From: Takakia lepidozioides
Taxonomy: Eukaryota; Plantae; Bryophyta
DNA length: 64,000 bases
NCBI GenBank assembly: GCA_030704615.1
Contig: CM060734.1
Coordinates: forward strand, 5,270,001-5,334,000
Direction of reading: 5' to 3'
The translations under genes were made by a program, and so were the position numbers. Of the stretch, positions 27,401 to 40,936 are shown one piece after another (the stretch's first letter is position 1; each line of letters opens with the position of its first letter). The notes below the pieces were generated by a model. That model searched no databases. It saw only the letters and a program-made list of their open reading frames with translations, and was not told the DNA's origin.

Positions 27401-30400
27401 ATATAAAGCTGGTGGACCTGATGGTATTGTCAACGAGCTTATCAAGCACGGTGGCGATCCCGTGATAGAGGCCCTAGTTCTCCTCTCTAACCTTATCTGG
27501 AAGACTGAAATGATCCCCTTTTGCTGGCGACAGGGGGTCATTGTCAATCTATACAAGAAGGGTGACAGAGAAGAACCGGGGAACTACCGTGGCATCACGC
27601 TCCTCAATGCTGTTGGCAAGACATTCTGCAGAGTTATAAGTACTCGTCTCGAGGTTGATCTGGAGTCTAGAGGTTGTTTCCACGAAGGCCAAGCTGGCTT
27701 TCGGCGAAACAGGGGCTGTGTGGATCATATCTTCACTCTAAATCAGATTATCCAGGGAAGGAAAAAAGAAGGGAAACCCACTTATGTTTTTTTCCTGGAT
27801 GTCAAAAAGGCTTATGACACAGTGTGGAGAGATGGCCTATGGTTCCGCCTCTGGTCTTGTGGGATCAAGGGAAAGATGTGGAGAGTTGTCCACAACTTGT
27901 AAGCTCACACCAAAAGCTGTGTCACTGTTAACGGACAGAAGTCCAACTTCTTTGACATAGACCAGGGTGTAGCTCAAGGATGTACTCTCTCCCCTCTGCT
28001 CTTCAATGTTTTTATCAATCAACTCCTCGAGGATGTGGAAAGTGAGGGATTTGGGTTAAGGGTGGGTGATACCACCATACCAGCCCTTATGTTTGCGGAT
28101 GACTTCGCAGGCATAGGGGAGACTCCAACCAATCTCCAGGAGTTGATTGATTGCGCGAAGAGATACTTTGACTTTGGGGGCTAGAGGCTAATGTCAGCAA
28201 ATGTGCAGTGGTAGCATTCAACGACAGAGGAGAGGGAGGAAGTGATCTTAAGTGGCAGTGGGGTAGCCAAGAGATCCCGGTCCTCCCTTCCTACACTTAC
28301 CTGGGCGTTGAGTTTTCCTCCAATTGTAATTGGGATGCACATATCCAGAAAGTTGTTCAAACTGGCAAGGGCAAAGCTCTGGGGCTCACTAAATTTTTCC
28401 ACTGCAGAGGGGTCAACTCTGAGGTTATGAAAACCATGCTTTGCCGCGTTATTAGACCTGCCTTGGAGTACGGATCTGCTATATGGGTTGATAACTCCAA
28501 CCAGGCTAAGTCTCTAGAATCCATTCAAGGGGGGGTGCTTAAGGAGTGTATGTCAGCATGCTCCAAAACAGCCAATGTGGCTGTTCGGGGTGAGTTTGGC
28601 ATTCCGTCCTTAAGCTCCCGACGAGATGAATTCAAGGTCAGATGGTGGGGTCAGCTGCAACATATGCCCAACACGAGATATCCTAAGTTAATCGACTCTA
28701 TATGTTGGAAACAGGACCGCCCTGTCAAACAGGCTGTCCTGGCAGAAGAGAGTAGAAGAGATTCTCAAGGACCTGGACCTGGATCCGCAAGTCTTGACCC
28801 TGCTGGATAAATCTGACTTAGAGGCTGTAGTGTCGGAAGCCATGTCTGTTGCCATGAGATTGTCTGATGAAAATGAAGTTAGGCAGAAAACTTCCCTGAA
28901 CTTGTTTCCAGTCAGTGACATGGGGGAGGACATCTTGGATGACCTCAAGGGTCTACCCACTCTCGGCACTAGACTGAAATTTAAACTCAGGGCAGGAAGC
29001 CTACCTTTGAACAGCAAACAGAAGCAGAGACTGAAGGGAGAGTGCAATTGCCCGTTGTGTGGGCAATCTGAAGACAGTATTCATTTTCTGATACACTGTC
29101 CGGGGTTCTCTCACCAAAGAGACGCTCTCTTCAAATCTATCAAGGGAATTGTGCCTGTACCCCTGTTTACCAACTTTGAAAGTCTCGAGGCTGAGCCGAA
29201 AGCCCAGGCCCTCCTGAGGCCTAGTTTTTGGGCAAATCACACACAGCAGATTGATGCTTGTGTGAAGGGATTTCTAGAGGATATCTGGAAAACCCGGATT
29301 AATTCTATATATCAAGGTAAGTCTTACTACCAACGTCAGCCCCTGACAGAGGTAGGTTCTGTCCCTTTTGTTCCCGCTCAAACTGGGCGCGGGGTCAATG
29401 GCCACAAGGCTACGGCAAACAACGTCTTATGAGTACAATCTGTGTGACTATGGCTATGACTGTGACCTCTGTTCACCAACTTCCAAAATCTCGAGGCTGA
29501 GCCTAAAGCCTGGCCCTGTTGGGGTCTAACTGTCAGGCAGATCACGCAGAACAGCTTGGTGCTTGTGTGAAGGGCTTTCTAGAGGAAATCTGGAAAGACC
29601 GAACAAATTATTTATATCACTACTGGAGTGAGCCCCTCACAAAGGTAGTGTCTGTTCCCTTTTGTTCTGCCCGAAATGGGCGTGGGTCCTATGGCCACAA
29701 GGCTACGGCAAACAACATCTTATGAGTATGTTTGCTGTATGACTAGTTGCAGTCCCGTTCTTCTTCTGCCATATCTGCAGTCTTATATACAGCAATGGAT
29801 GGTTTTTCTTCACCCGTTTGTAAAGCTGTTCGTAAATCTATTTGTGAGGTATCTTGCAAGCTCATTAGGAAAGTTTTCTGGACCATGGCCTGCTTTGTGT
29901 GTGTTTTCAAGATCTGACAAGTAGTACCTGCCAATGAAATTGTTGGCAACAATTGTATGGAAGAGAAATGGAAGAGAAGATGAACTCGCAATATGAGGGT
30001 AGTTGTTCATTCATAATTCTGAACTTGGGTATGCAGGAATTGTGCAAAGCATCTCAACATTTTGTTCGAGGAAGCAGGCCTGATTTATTTGCGAGAGCTG
30101 TCGTTGGGTGTATGAATGAGGTATGAGAAATACAATGTTTGGAGACTCCTTTTTGAACATGTAAAACCTAAATGTGTGTGGGGGTTACACAAGCATTGGC
30201 TCTGGTTATGCCACCAATTTGATTGCACCTAATCCTTAGGTTCCTGAAAAGAGTCCTTATATTGGAGGACTAATCTCGTCCCTCAGGTGAAGGAATAGTC
30301 ATAATCGTGGCTGGGGAAGCTTCACCTGCACATTACTTCAGGTTGTAAGGAGTGTGTCTAATGTGGAATGGATCTGGAAACTGCAGTGTTACCCTGGAGA

Positions 30401-31825
30401 GGCAGATCTTGTGGTGGCACGGGCTGTTTTACAGTATGTCCTCCTGAAGACTATCCGTGAATTGGTCTAATATATGCATATATATTCTGATTCTTGGTAT
30501 GTACAGTGTCAGTGGATGGATGGTGAATACATCTCTTGTCCTGTCCTTGTTCACTGTGGGGTGTGCGGATGCCATATCTTCGGAGGTGGTGATACATTTG
30601 GTGAGGTGGATCTTATAGTCTCTATCCTGTGGTGGATTTTCATCGAGTCTAGACTGGAGAGGAATGTTTGCACTGCTATCTAATACCTTCTTCAAATGGG
30701 GACAGATATTTGTCGCTAGGCAATCTGAGAGATGCAAATCAGCTGTGGGATGGAGTGAAACAGCGCTTGAGTGACTCTCCCTCACAAGAGCTTCCTGATT
30801 CTCCTCTTGTGCATTTCATCAAGTTCCTCCTCCTGACGTGAGTCCACCCTTCGAGTTGTGCCTCCCCCACCCACCCTTCTGATCTTGTGTTGGTTTTGCT
30901 TAGTTGTAATGTTCCTCACGTGAGCATGACACAGAATTGAGAGGGATGCGCTGCCATTGTTTCGGATGCTACGACAAAACTATAAGCCCAGCATTGACCG
31001 GGATCCCACTTTTGATGAGGTACTTGAGGCCAGACTTAAATTTTGTTCAGGCTGTGGCTCCAACTCCGTCCACATTAGTTGTTCTGTCCTGATGACTTTA
31101 CCTTCTATGAGCGTTGTATATCGGGTGAATATTGAGCCTCTCCAGAGGCCTTCACCAGTTTTTGGGATCTGAAATGCAAGCGCTATGGTTCTTCCATGTG
31201 TAGGAGTTATTCTATAAAAATTAATGGAAATGGGAAGATGCAGTATGCCGATACAGCCAAGTGTGAAGGCTGATCAACACGTTAGGGATTTTCCCTATGT
31301 TCTTCTGTCATTATTCCCCAAAAGCATGTCTTTTGAAGGACTAGAGTGTTGGGTGGCCATCAAACTGCTGACTCTGTCCACCCTTTTTGACATCGCTGGG
31401 AGTTGCTTCATACCTGTGCCCAGCAATGGCTGCTCCTCTGTTCTTGTATGAATAGACTAGAGATAAGCTTCATGTAACAATAGTTTCTGTGGGTATCTCA
31501 TTGGCAGTACATGGATGAGATAGGGGAGCATTTCTATGGATTGCAGTGCCGGGGGGGCATGCAAGGCATGCTGGGCGATTTCTTAAAGGTATAATCTTGC
31601 ACAATGCTCTTTGTGCTGTGCTTGTGTGGCTGCAAGACAACTGTCAGGTAGGAGTCCCTTTGTGTGTATCTGCAAGAAAGGCATGATGGTGGCATTCTTA
31701 TAGAAAGCTAGTAGTCAGATAAAGACAGTGGGCACTAAGAGATTATCTCAATGGCAGACTTCCACGAGTGGTTTTGACACAACCTGTTTGTTTTGCTTGT
31801 GCAGATGATTGCAATGGACAGTTGA
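24476..31825 (+). CDS. GET4: Golgi to ER traffic protein 4 homolog. Exons 24476-24526, 24788-24867, 25291-25369, 26040-26118, 26808-26961, 27176-27266, 30037-30120, 30387-30433, 30706-30837, 30935-31019, 31508-31588, 31805-31825
   Basis: All introns are GT-AG and the frame is maintained. Peptide motifs [80 protein letters not shown]. The first exon and start codon are less certain. Confidence 0.93.
27305..29745 (+). mobile_element. 5'-truncated LINE (RT + C-terminal CCHC) in GET4 intron 6, followed by a diverged duplicate of its 3' end (~29470-29745)
   Basis: [71 protein letters not shown]. Stops or frameshifts at ~27900, ~28180 and ~28740. Confidence 0.93.
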
Positions 31826-33798
31826 TGTGGAAGAGGCCGATAGGAAGTAGCATAAGCTCATGGCCTTCCCATCCATGTGCAGACCATATATTGTTGATAC
31901 AGCTGTGAGGTGCGAACATGAAAGCTGTCTTAAAATACCCGCAACTTCACATAACCCTGGTGTCTGAGAGGTATTGCGTTCAAAATTGAATCTTGAACCC
32001 CTAGACAGTAGTAACTCCAAGGTGGGAAAAGGTAGACTCCTTACCAATTGACACCAAACCTGACATTCCTGTATCAAGAGCCAGACATAGGACAGGGCTT
32101 ATGGTGTACAAATCCTCTTCCGGGCTCTCAAATTGCCGGAGGTTATTGGTTCATTTGTTCATAGATTTTTGGTGCTACCTCCACTGTTGTGGCCTTATCA
32201 TCACTATGTAGTAAGACTCGTGTGTGTGCAGCGTACTGGTGTAATCCTTGCTCATGTGTGAACAAGGACTAGCTCACAACTCCCAAAACACACATTGTGG
32301 CTCCGCAGTCTTATGATTCAGTGGTTAGGGTTGCCGATTTCAGTTAGGAAAATTTCATTTCTACATCTTAAGGAGGTAGGCTATCCACATTTTGCTGCTG
32401 AGGTTATCAACACTCCCTCATGGATGGAGTAACAACCCTGGTCGGTGAGTCTGTATCGGTTTTGCTTGCAATGACTCCAATTCGCAACTGTAGACTTGAA
32501 GACACCTGAGCTTCACTGGTCAAGTTTTGTTTTTATTGAGGACTTCCTTATGTTTACCTAACAACACCACAGATGAGGCTATCCAACTCTCGACACTGAA
32601 GGATGCCACTAACTCTTAAGTCAAGAAATCCCTCTCCTTTGAAACATGACATCAGGTTTCACCTTTTCATGTAGTATTTGATTCCTGGGCTATGCTCCAA
32701 CTCTCTTGGAGAGCATGTAGCTTTGCAGGCTGAAGCCGAGCACCTGGAAACATTTGTACACACATGAGAGTTCATTTGAAGACATGGAATTCATGAGCAA
32801 AAGAAAGGAGCAAAGGTTACTTCCATGAATTCCCTCTGACCATGGGGTTGCTCACTGGTTAGGTATTGCTGGAGGCTCTCTCTCACTTTGTCATTCTTAG
32901 GGTATGTTGGCCTATGACCATTCAAATAGCGATGGTGAAAAATCTAATGGTGAATTTTTGTCATTTTTATCTCGGGTAAACCTCATAAGGTGTCCCACAT
33001 ATGGGGCAACCTACAAACTTGGAACTACTTGATTTCAAGAATCCTACACAAAGTTGTAGGGTTTCAAAGTCCAACCAATCAGAATGCTTGTATACACCGA
33101 GAGGCCTATGACCAATCAGACTTTTGGGGGGGTTATATCAAATGATTGTTTACCAAGTGGCAAAATGGACAGTCTTGGGACCAGCACTGCATGGTGTTGG
33201 CCTGGTATCTTGAATTGGAAATACCATAAGGTTCCTGGTATGCATTGCTGAATTTTTTTAAGGCAGGTAGGTTTTCCAATAATGCAGTCCCTGATTTTTT
33301 CAAGTATGAATCTGGTATGCATAGAGTGGTTTTCTAAAAAAATCAATCCGGATATGAGCAATGGTATCTGAATGTCAATAACCTAGAAATATGAACTCGG
33401 ATATGGTATTAAAAAAATAATAAATTAAAAATGGTACTAGTATTCAAATTCAAATTCAATATTGAAATGACCATATGAACTATTCAAATGGCCATTTGAA
33501 TATTCAAGAAAACCACAAGGAAACTTGCTCATCTCATCGGATACCAACCCCCATACAATTATACACTGAATCAGAATTGCATCCATAGTGTCTCGCAAAT
33601 GAAGATCAAAGTGTCATTGTTATAATCAAAACAGCTAGTATATGCCCCTAGCCTTAAATCTCTCCTCTACACAAAGTACCCTAGTCATCATCCTCAAAGA
33701 ATTGAACCCGAAGCTGCCAAAAAAGGTGCTCATAAACACATATAGCCCTGCATCCATAATGTCTATATGTGCATATTAACATGATACCTGAACAGACT

Positions 33799-33912
33799 TG
33801 TAGTGACGAGTCGAGCTCTGGTAGGGGGCGGGGAAAGGAGAACCCTAACCGCCGTCCGTTAGGGATTGGGGGGCCGCCAGGGAACTCGAGAACCTTCTGG
33901 TAGGGTACTACA
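33799..33912. repeat. 114-bp TG...CA-bounded element (possible mini/TRIM-type LTR)
   Basis: Ends TGTAGT...ACTACA (6-bp inverted), internal direct repeat CTGGTAGGG and hairpin CCCTAAC-N8-GTTAGGG. No TSD. Confidence 0.35.
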
Positions 33913-34664
33913 AACGGGTCCCCCGCAATGGCCGCACAGGCCAGCACGTAACAGGATATCGTAAATTTTCATCTCACATATTTCATTCTACTTACATCCA
34001 TGGGTTTTCTGGGAACTAATCGCGGCAATTGCTACGATGAAGAGAAACCGAGCATGTCTGAAGGAAGGAGCTCCGTGGAATCAATGACATCGAAGTTTGG
34101 GGGGGGCAGCAAAGAATGGAAGAGGTAAGCTTATTGTGGGGGACCTCTTTTGGGTAAGTCATTGCACCCTCATGCCAGTTTTTCCAAAACTATGGAAGCC
34201 AGTCTATTGAGTAGCGTGTCGTGCGCATACATATCGCTACACAACTACATCGCTGTCCAAAACCACACAACACATGTGCACACCACACACTAGTATACCA
34301 CTAGTCTACCACTAGTCCAGCCACTAAGCCAACCACTAGGCTACAACTAGTCAGTCACTAGGCTGCCACTACGCTGCCCACTATGGCAGTCACTAGTCCA
34401 CACAATCGTCCCCCTAGCTGGTGCTTAGGTCCCTCTAAGTCCAGGTAGCCACAAGATGTGATAGTGACCATAGCTTCACTAAGTCCTCCACCACTATCCC
34501 TACTACACTCAAACTCGATAGATCAAGAGGCCGGGTGCAAGAGTTGCCCCATCGTTAGTCGCCGTCTTGCAACCTGTGAACTTGAGCTTGGGATCTCATG
34601 TATTGACTCCTATGAGCTTGGCCTCCCATGTCTTGTTAGCTGCCTCCAGTCATGTCCACTGCCA

Positions 34665-37600
34665 CTATCCCAAGCAGTGTGGACACAACCAATCTCCGTC
34701 AGGAACCTTATCAAGGGGTGGTGTCAAGCATCCCATATGCCAACCCCTTGAGCACCGATCACACACCAGCATGGTGGCTGCCCCTTTGGCAGACCCACAG
34801 AGCATGCACCTCAAACCTGCAGGTACCACTGCCAAGTTTGGGTCAACTCTGCCATCGACATTGGGAAGGTGACATGGCGCACAATTACGCACATGGTCTT
34901 TCCAAGTCATGCCATCCCGACCCTCTAAGATCAGGACCCCTGAGGGCAACACCTCTCGAACCCTCAGAATAACACGCCCTGCAGTAACATCCAGAGTCAT
35001 AGGAGCAGTCTGCTGCAAATAAACATAGTCACCAGGGCTAAACCTCTGAACCCCAGGACGATATCCTCCACCACGTATAGTGGCATACCTCAACGTATCA
35101 CGGTGCTGTGCAATGGCAAGGTTCTCAAAAGCCATGGGCATGACTTTCTTGAACAACTCTGCACGCTGATCACATGCACGTACCCACATGTCCGGATCGT
35201 CAAGGTTAAGGACTTGAGCAGTGTCCCTACGAATGGCTGCAGGCAAATCCGGCTCTCGGCCAAAGAGAAGGAAATATGGTGAGAAGGAGGCAAGTGATGC
35301 TTGTTTGCTGAACCTGTAGCCCATGGCTAACCAAGGAACCTGAAGATCCCAATCTCCTAGGTGTCCCTTCTGCAAGCCATACTTGCGCAAACCCCTCTTC
35401 ACCGTCTGAACAACTCTCTCTGCTAAGCCATCGGCCTCAGGATGATCCCGAGAAGTGGTGCGGTGGTCTATCAAGGCTTTATCACACAAAGCCTGAAACT
35501 CCCCCAAGAACTCTCTCCCTTGGTCCGTGAGTACCTCAGCTGGAGCACCAAATCGGCTAAGCACACGATCCAAGAATGCATACGCAGCCCCCTCACTAGC
35601 CTTGTCAGGCAATGGAACCAACTCAATCCACTTGGAGAAGTGCTCCACCATCACCAACACATATCTGTGGTGGCGCATAGTCAGTGGCAACGGTCCTGCG
35701 AAGTCAAGACTCCACCTGTAGCCCAATCCCATGATAGGTAAAGGATGCAACTGTGGTATAGGGGCGTTGAATGAAGCACGCACCCTGTCACACACCATGC
35801 ACCTAGCCACAAACTGTTGCACCTCTGTATGCATACCACGCCACCAATACTGCCCCTGCAGTAAACTGTGAGTGCGTCGCACTCCAAAATGCCCCAACTC
35901 CTCATGGGCATGCCGCACTAACCGTGCACGCTGTGTGGGGTGAGGCACAATCCTCACCCGACCATCCTCCCACACTCGAAGTAGGTGTATCCCCTCCCAC
36001 TTGAACCTCTTGGCTCGTTGCAGGATCCGATCCCTCTCCCTGGCAGTCACAATGGCTGCCGTGTCTCCCGTGCGGAGGTAGTCCAACACAGCCGAATCCT
36101 CATGTATATCTCTGGCACCACCTAGCTCATCACTAGCCTCAGGGTCCTCAGACACTCCGTCTACAGTCATCCCTGTTGTAGGTCCAATCTGACCTCCCGA
36201 TGCCAAGATACACAAAAATGCAGATGCGTGCCATCCCGGCACCATCTCCTCGTCCGTCTCACCATGCCACCGAGCTCCAGTGTCATCCTGCTGGCTCATG
36301 CATGGATTGCGACTCAATCCATCCGCATCCCGATTGACCAAACCCGGTCGATGCACAACCTGAAAGTCATACTCCTGGAGTATAAGTGCCCACCGTGCAA
36401 GCTTCCCCGTAAGCTTGTCTGACTCCATCAACCACTTGAGTGGCTGGTGATCCGTGACAAGGGTGAAAAGATTGCCGTATAGATAGCACCTGAAGTGTGC
36501 CACGGCCCACACTGCAGCTAAGCACTCTCCCTCATATGAGCTGTACTTAGCCTCTGCAGCGTTGTTCGAGCGGCTAGCGTAAGCCACTACGAACTCTCTT
36601 CCCTCATCATCCACCTGTGTGAGCACCGCTCCAAGCCCCAGCATGCTCCAATCCGTATGCAGCTGAAAGGGACGCCCCCTGATAGGTCGTCTCAAGATAG
36701 GCGCCGAGGTCAACCTCGCCTTGAGCTCTTGAAAAGCTCGTTCCTGCTCATCTTCCCACTGCCACTCCTGGTCCACCTTGGTCAGCTTGGTTAGAGCCTT
36801 TGCAATGGTACTAAATCCCTTGACAAACCGTCTATAATAGTTTGCCAACCCCATGAAAGCTCGAACTCGGCTCACATCCGTGGGGCGTGGAATTTGTGCA
36901 ATGGCCTCTACCTTAGTCTGTTGTACCCCCAATCCTCCAGGATATATCATGTGACCCAGATACTCAATCTGGTTGTGGAAAAACTTGCACTTCCCCGGAT
37001 GCAACTTCAATCCGTGCGCTCTCAAGCGCTCCAATACCACCTGAAGGTGTCTCTCATGCTCCTCCATCGTAACACTAAAGATGATGATGTCATCTATGTA
37101 GCACCGAGCAAAGTCCACCCCTGCTAGAATCCTATCCATGACTCTCTGAAACTCTGCAGGAGCATTCTTAAGCCCAAATGGTAAGAACCGCCACTGATAT
37201 AGGCAATCCTTGCCGTGCTCATTGATCCCCCAGAATGCCGTCTTCTGCTTGTCCGCCTCCTTGATTGGCAACTGGTGATATCCGGATCGTAAATCCAAAG
37301 TGCTAAAGGCCTTAGCATGCCCGATGGCATCAAAGATCTCCTCTGGTGTTGGCATGGCATACTTATCGGACTTGGTCTGACGATTTACAGGCCGGTAATC
37401 ACCGCACATACGTCTCTCCGTCCAATTGCCATAGACATCCTTCTTGGCTGGCATCACTGTGGCTGAAGCATACTCTCCACCAGAGAGCTCCACCAAACCT
37501 GCCTCCCAGAGATCTTGAGTCCTCATCTGAATCAAAGACCTCTCCATGTCACTGTATCTATAGGGTCTCGAAAGATTGGCGTGTCAGTGGCCAACTCAAT

Positions 37601-37798
37601 ACGGATCTCTTGACCCTTCAGTGCTCCCAAGTCCTTCAAACTGAAGGCAAAGCAATTCCTGTAAGCCCTCAGGAACCGCCGTATACGTCGTCTCTCTCCT
37701 CCGGTGACAATGGGTCCAATGTCAAGCTCCCAATTGTCCTCCGTAACTACAACCTTAAGTCCAGTGGGCTTAGAGGTAGAGGACGCGTCCCGTGGTTG
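34665..37798 (-). CDS. Pol: RT-RNaseH-integrase-PHD finger
   Basis: 960-aa open ORF (34665..37547) plus an upstream piece. Motifs [58 protein letters not shown]. Ends in the C4HC3 motif CMLC...CDRC...WHMGC...WLCPHC (~34674-34808). Confidence 0.96.
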
Positions 37799-38059
37799 CT
37801 ATGCTGCAACCTCTTGAGCAGTACTCCCTACTTGCTCAGTCAATGACAAGGCCTCATCCTGCCCCATCATCTCATCCTTGAGGACCTCCTCAACCCGAGA
37901 AGAATCCCCAACCTCATCCATCACAGCCGCCTTGGCTGCCAACTCCCTCTGAACCTCGAGCACCTCCCACGTGTGCCATGGATGCATGCACCCCGTGGTC
38001 CTCATATGCTCGCCCCCACTCACTGCCTGTACCGTCTCGGTAGGCAGAGAGACCATTGA

Positions 38060-39120
38060 GGGAAGTTATTCCGCACTCTGCGTTGCTCAGCTAGAGCCAA
38101 GCTGATAATCCAGGTCAAGCAATTGAGATCCATTGCTTGCCCCAACACTTGACGACGTGATGCCTCAGAAAGAGACGACACCGCCGTGGTACCAGTGGTA
38201 AAACCCATTGCCCGCTCACGCTCGTCAGCATTAGGCTCCACTAACTGCTGCAACTGAGCATCCCACAGGAGGCCAGGTCCACTATCCCGGAAAGCATGCG
38301 ATCCTGGGAAGCTGAGCAGTGTAGGTAATGCTGCTCGTGGTTGACCCACCTTGTTGACCACTGCCAAAGGCGAACGGTCATCGTGTCTCACACGTTGAGA
38401 CTGCCTCCCTGTGTCCAGAATGTTATCCACTGTGAGATGTGCTGGCCGCTGCACCCCATCAAATGCACGCTTGAGCAGTGCGGGTGGCATCATGTTAGTC
38501 CACCATAGCCGTGGACGATGAGCCCGTGACCCCACTGTAGCTGCATCTAGCAACACTGCTGACCCAAGCCACGACCGGACTTGATGCACACTGGCCATCA
38601 CCCTGGCCCGAGAATCGCCCATCAGTGGCACATTCTCCAAGATGTATGCTGGAGATACAGCTTGATGAAGCTGCAAGTGGCGCAAAACCCGCACCATCTC
38701 CCAAAACAGACCCGACCTCGAGTCTCGCAATCCATTGCCATGCCCGGCTGATGAATGCCCTTGGCAGGGCCAACCTGCCACTACCAGATCAATGGAGCCA
38801 ACCCGCTCCAAATCCTGCGCCCCCAGCAACGAAATGTCTGCTGGCAAGGCCTGCTGATATCCACGAATTGCAGACACCGACAACAACTCAGGGTACCGCT
38901 GCACCAACTGAGCAACATGGCGAAGTGAAACGCGTCGTGCAGTCTCATCCCTCTCCACATACAGGTAACGCCGAACTCGTACACCTGCCTGTAACACAGC
39001 AGCCAATCCGGTGCTGATCCCGCCAAACAAGTCCAGAAGACAAATGCCTTCATCCGGAGACTGCCACACAATAGGTGTGGTGTCCAATGGAGACAATTGA
39101 GGTGGTCCTGGTGCAATCCC
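38060..39120 (-). CDS. DNA (cytosine-5)-methyltransferase domain, DNMT3-like
   Basis: Motif I LDLFGGIST, II YVERD, III ADI, IV DLVVAGWPCQ (catalytic PC), V GLRDSRSGLF, VI ILENV, VIII AHRPRLWWTN, IX ERERAMGF, X RRQVLGQAM. Confidence 0.93.
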
Positions 39121-40936
39121 ACACTCTCCTCCTCTCCTGACGGTACAAAAGCCTCCACCCAGGCTTGTTGCACCCGTCGATCAGCATCCCGCTGCAAATC
39201 CTTGCTCGTGCCCCACAATGGAGTCTGAGCAACCATGGTAGGCAACTCCGCCATACCATACATGTCATCCTGCTCTCCCGGAGGTGGTACATCCTCTGAA
39301 TGAGCATTGCCCTCAAGCAACTCTCTAGGCCAACTCACTGCCGCTGTGAATGCTGCTAGTGTCGGCATCTTGCCTCGCTGGGCAACCGCAACTCCTCCTA
39401 TGAACGTCACAGGGAGCTGCACACGCCGGCCCTCCCCTGACTGCCATGCAGGCCTATAGGAAGCTGACTCCTCCCAAAAATCCAGGGTGAAGCCCATGGG
39501 GTACAACACTGCCCCACCAACCAGGACATCGTATGAGACTGCGTCTGTCACAATGGCCTTGGCTCGCATCACTGAGCCATCTGTAGGGTGATCCGGCCGT
39601 AGTCTGATAGCCAACTCATGCCGTGTCATGCCCCGAGCCTGCTCCGATCCTCCCAGAGACGTCTGTATCTGGAAAGGACAAGGCTCCATATCCGCCTCCG
39701 TGAGGCCCAAGCCTGCAATAGCAGCTCTGCCCAGCATCAGTGGCTGAGCTCCCGAGTCCAACAAGACTCGCAGTGGCCGGTACCTCTTGCCTGCCGGTCC
39801 ACTCAAACAGAAAATGCCATCCTGGTTGTCTAACATGACAACTCCAGGTGTCACCATGGCGCGCTCAATGGCTGGCCTAGCTGGCAGCTCCATCAACCTG
39901 GCAGCTGCAGCTTGCCATGGCGCCGCCGTGGCAGTCTTGACCCTCAAATCCGAGGATCCCTCCGGCACTACACCTCCCACTATCTCCGCAGAAGATGAAG
40001 TAACCTCCCCACTCTCACAGAGTGTAGCTGCCAGCCTGAACACCTCAGCTGGTCTTACCCCCGGCGTCGCAATCATGGTAGCCGAGAACAATGGAGCCTG
40101 GCACACAGATGTGGCCGCTCCTAACAGCACACTAGCTGCCGTAGCCTTGGCAACACTAGGTAGTGGTGCTGCCCGTGTAGCTCTCCCCAATGGCATAGTA
40201 ACCTCCGCCTCGGTAATAGTCGGGCGAGAACTAGGTGCCATGGATGGCGTCGACACTGTCTCCGCCAATGTGAATGACTGAGGAAGCCTAGCCTGACGGC
40301 TTGCCTCCCCACGCTGTGGATCCAACTCCACCTCTGCACCTCGTGGCTCAGGAACTCGTGCTGCTCCTCGAGTCACGGCTGCAGCAGACTCCACCTGCAC
40401 TAGTGGTAGTGCTGCTCCACACATGAATCCCATGCCTCCCATATCTCCTCCCTCAGGAGCAGGAGGTGGACCATCCGGCCTTAGAGCCGGTACCACCTGA
40501 GCTGTAGCCATGGCAGCGAGCCTCTGCTCTAGCTGCTGAAGCCGGTTGGCCATGCCTTGGTCAACACCCTGACCTCCGCGTCCTTGGCCACGTTGAGCTT
40601 GCCCTTGGCCTGCACCTCGTGGCTGGCCACCTCGTCCTCTCTGGGCTGCTCCACCTCGCCCCCGGCCACCATTGTTCCCTTGGAACTGGCCTGGGCGCAA
40701 CTCAGGATGCAAACTATAACACTGGGCCTCTCCATGCCCGTGCTTGCCACAATGCCCACACTGCAACTGTGCAGGCTGTGCATGTGCCGACCCTTTGCCT
40801 CCCTCTGGGCAATCCTTCTTGACATGGGGTCCTCCACATGTCCAGCACACCACATCCGCCCGTTGTTGGCCAGCAAATGAAGGGAGAGACCCCTGCATTT
40901 GAGGTCCTCTCTGCCCTTCCCTGAGCTTCACCTGAG
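39118..40936 (-). CDS. Nucleocapsid zinc knuckles, RGG/Q-rich linker and aspartic protease portion
   Basis: CWTCGGPHVKKDC, CGHCGKHGHGEAQC, VLLDSGAQ, YDVLVG. Confidence 0.85.

Noticed and set aside
32400-32430. Copia-like PPT/LTR junction (GAGGGAGTGTTGA on the minus strand)
   Set aside because: No recognisable Copia coding motifs or second LTR.
38020-39096. Bacterial restriction-modification MTase or contamination
   Set aside because: It is embedded in frame between retroelement protease and RT, has DNMT3-like motifs I and VIII, has no endonuclease partner, and the flanks are eukaryotic.
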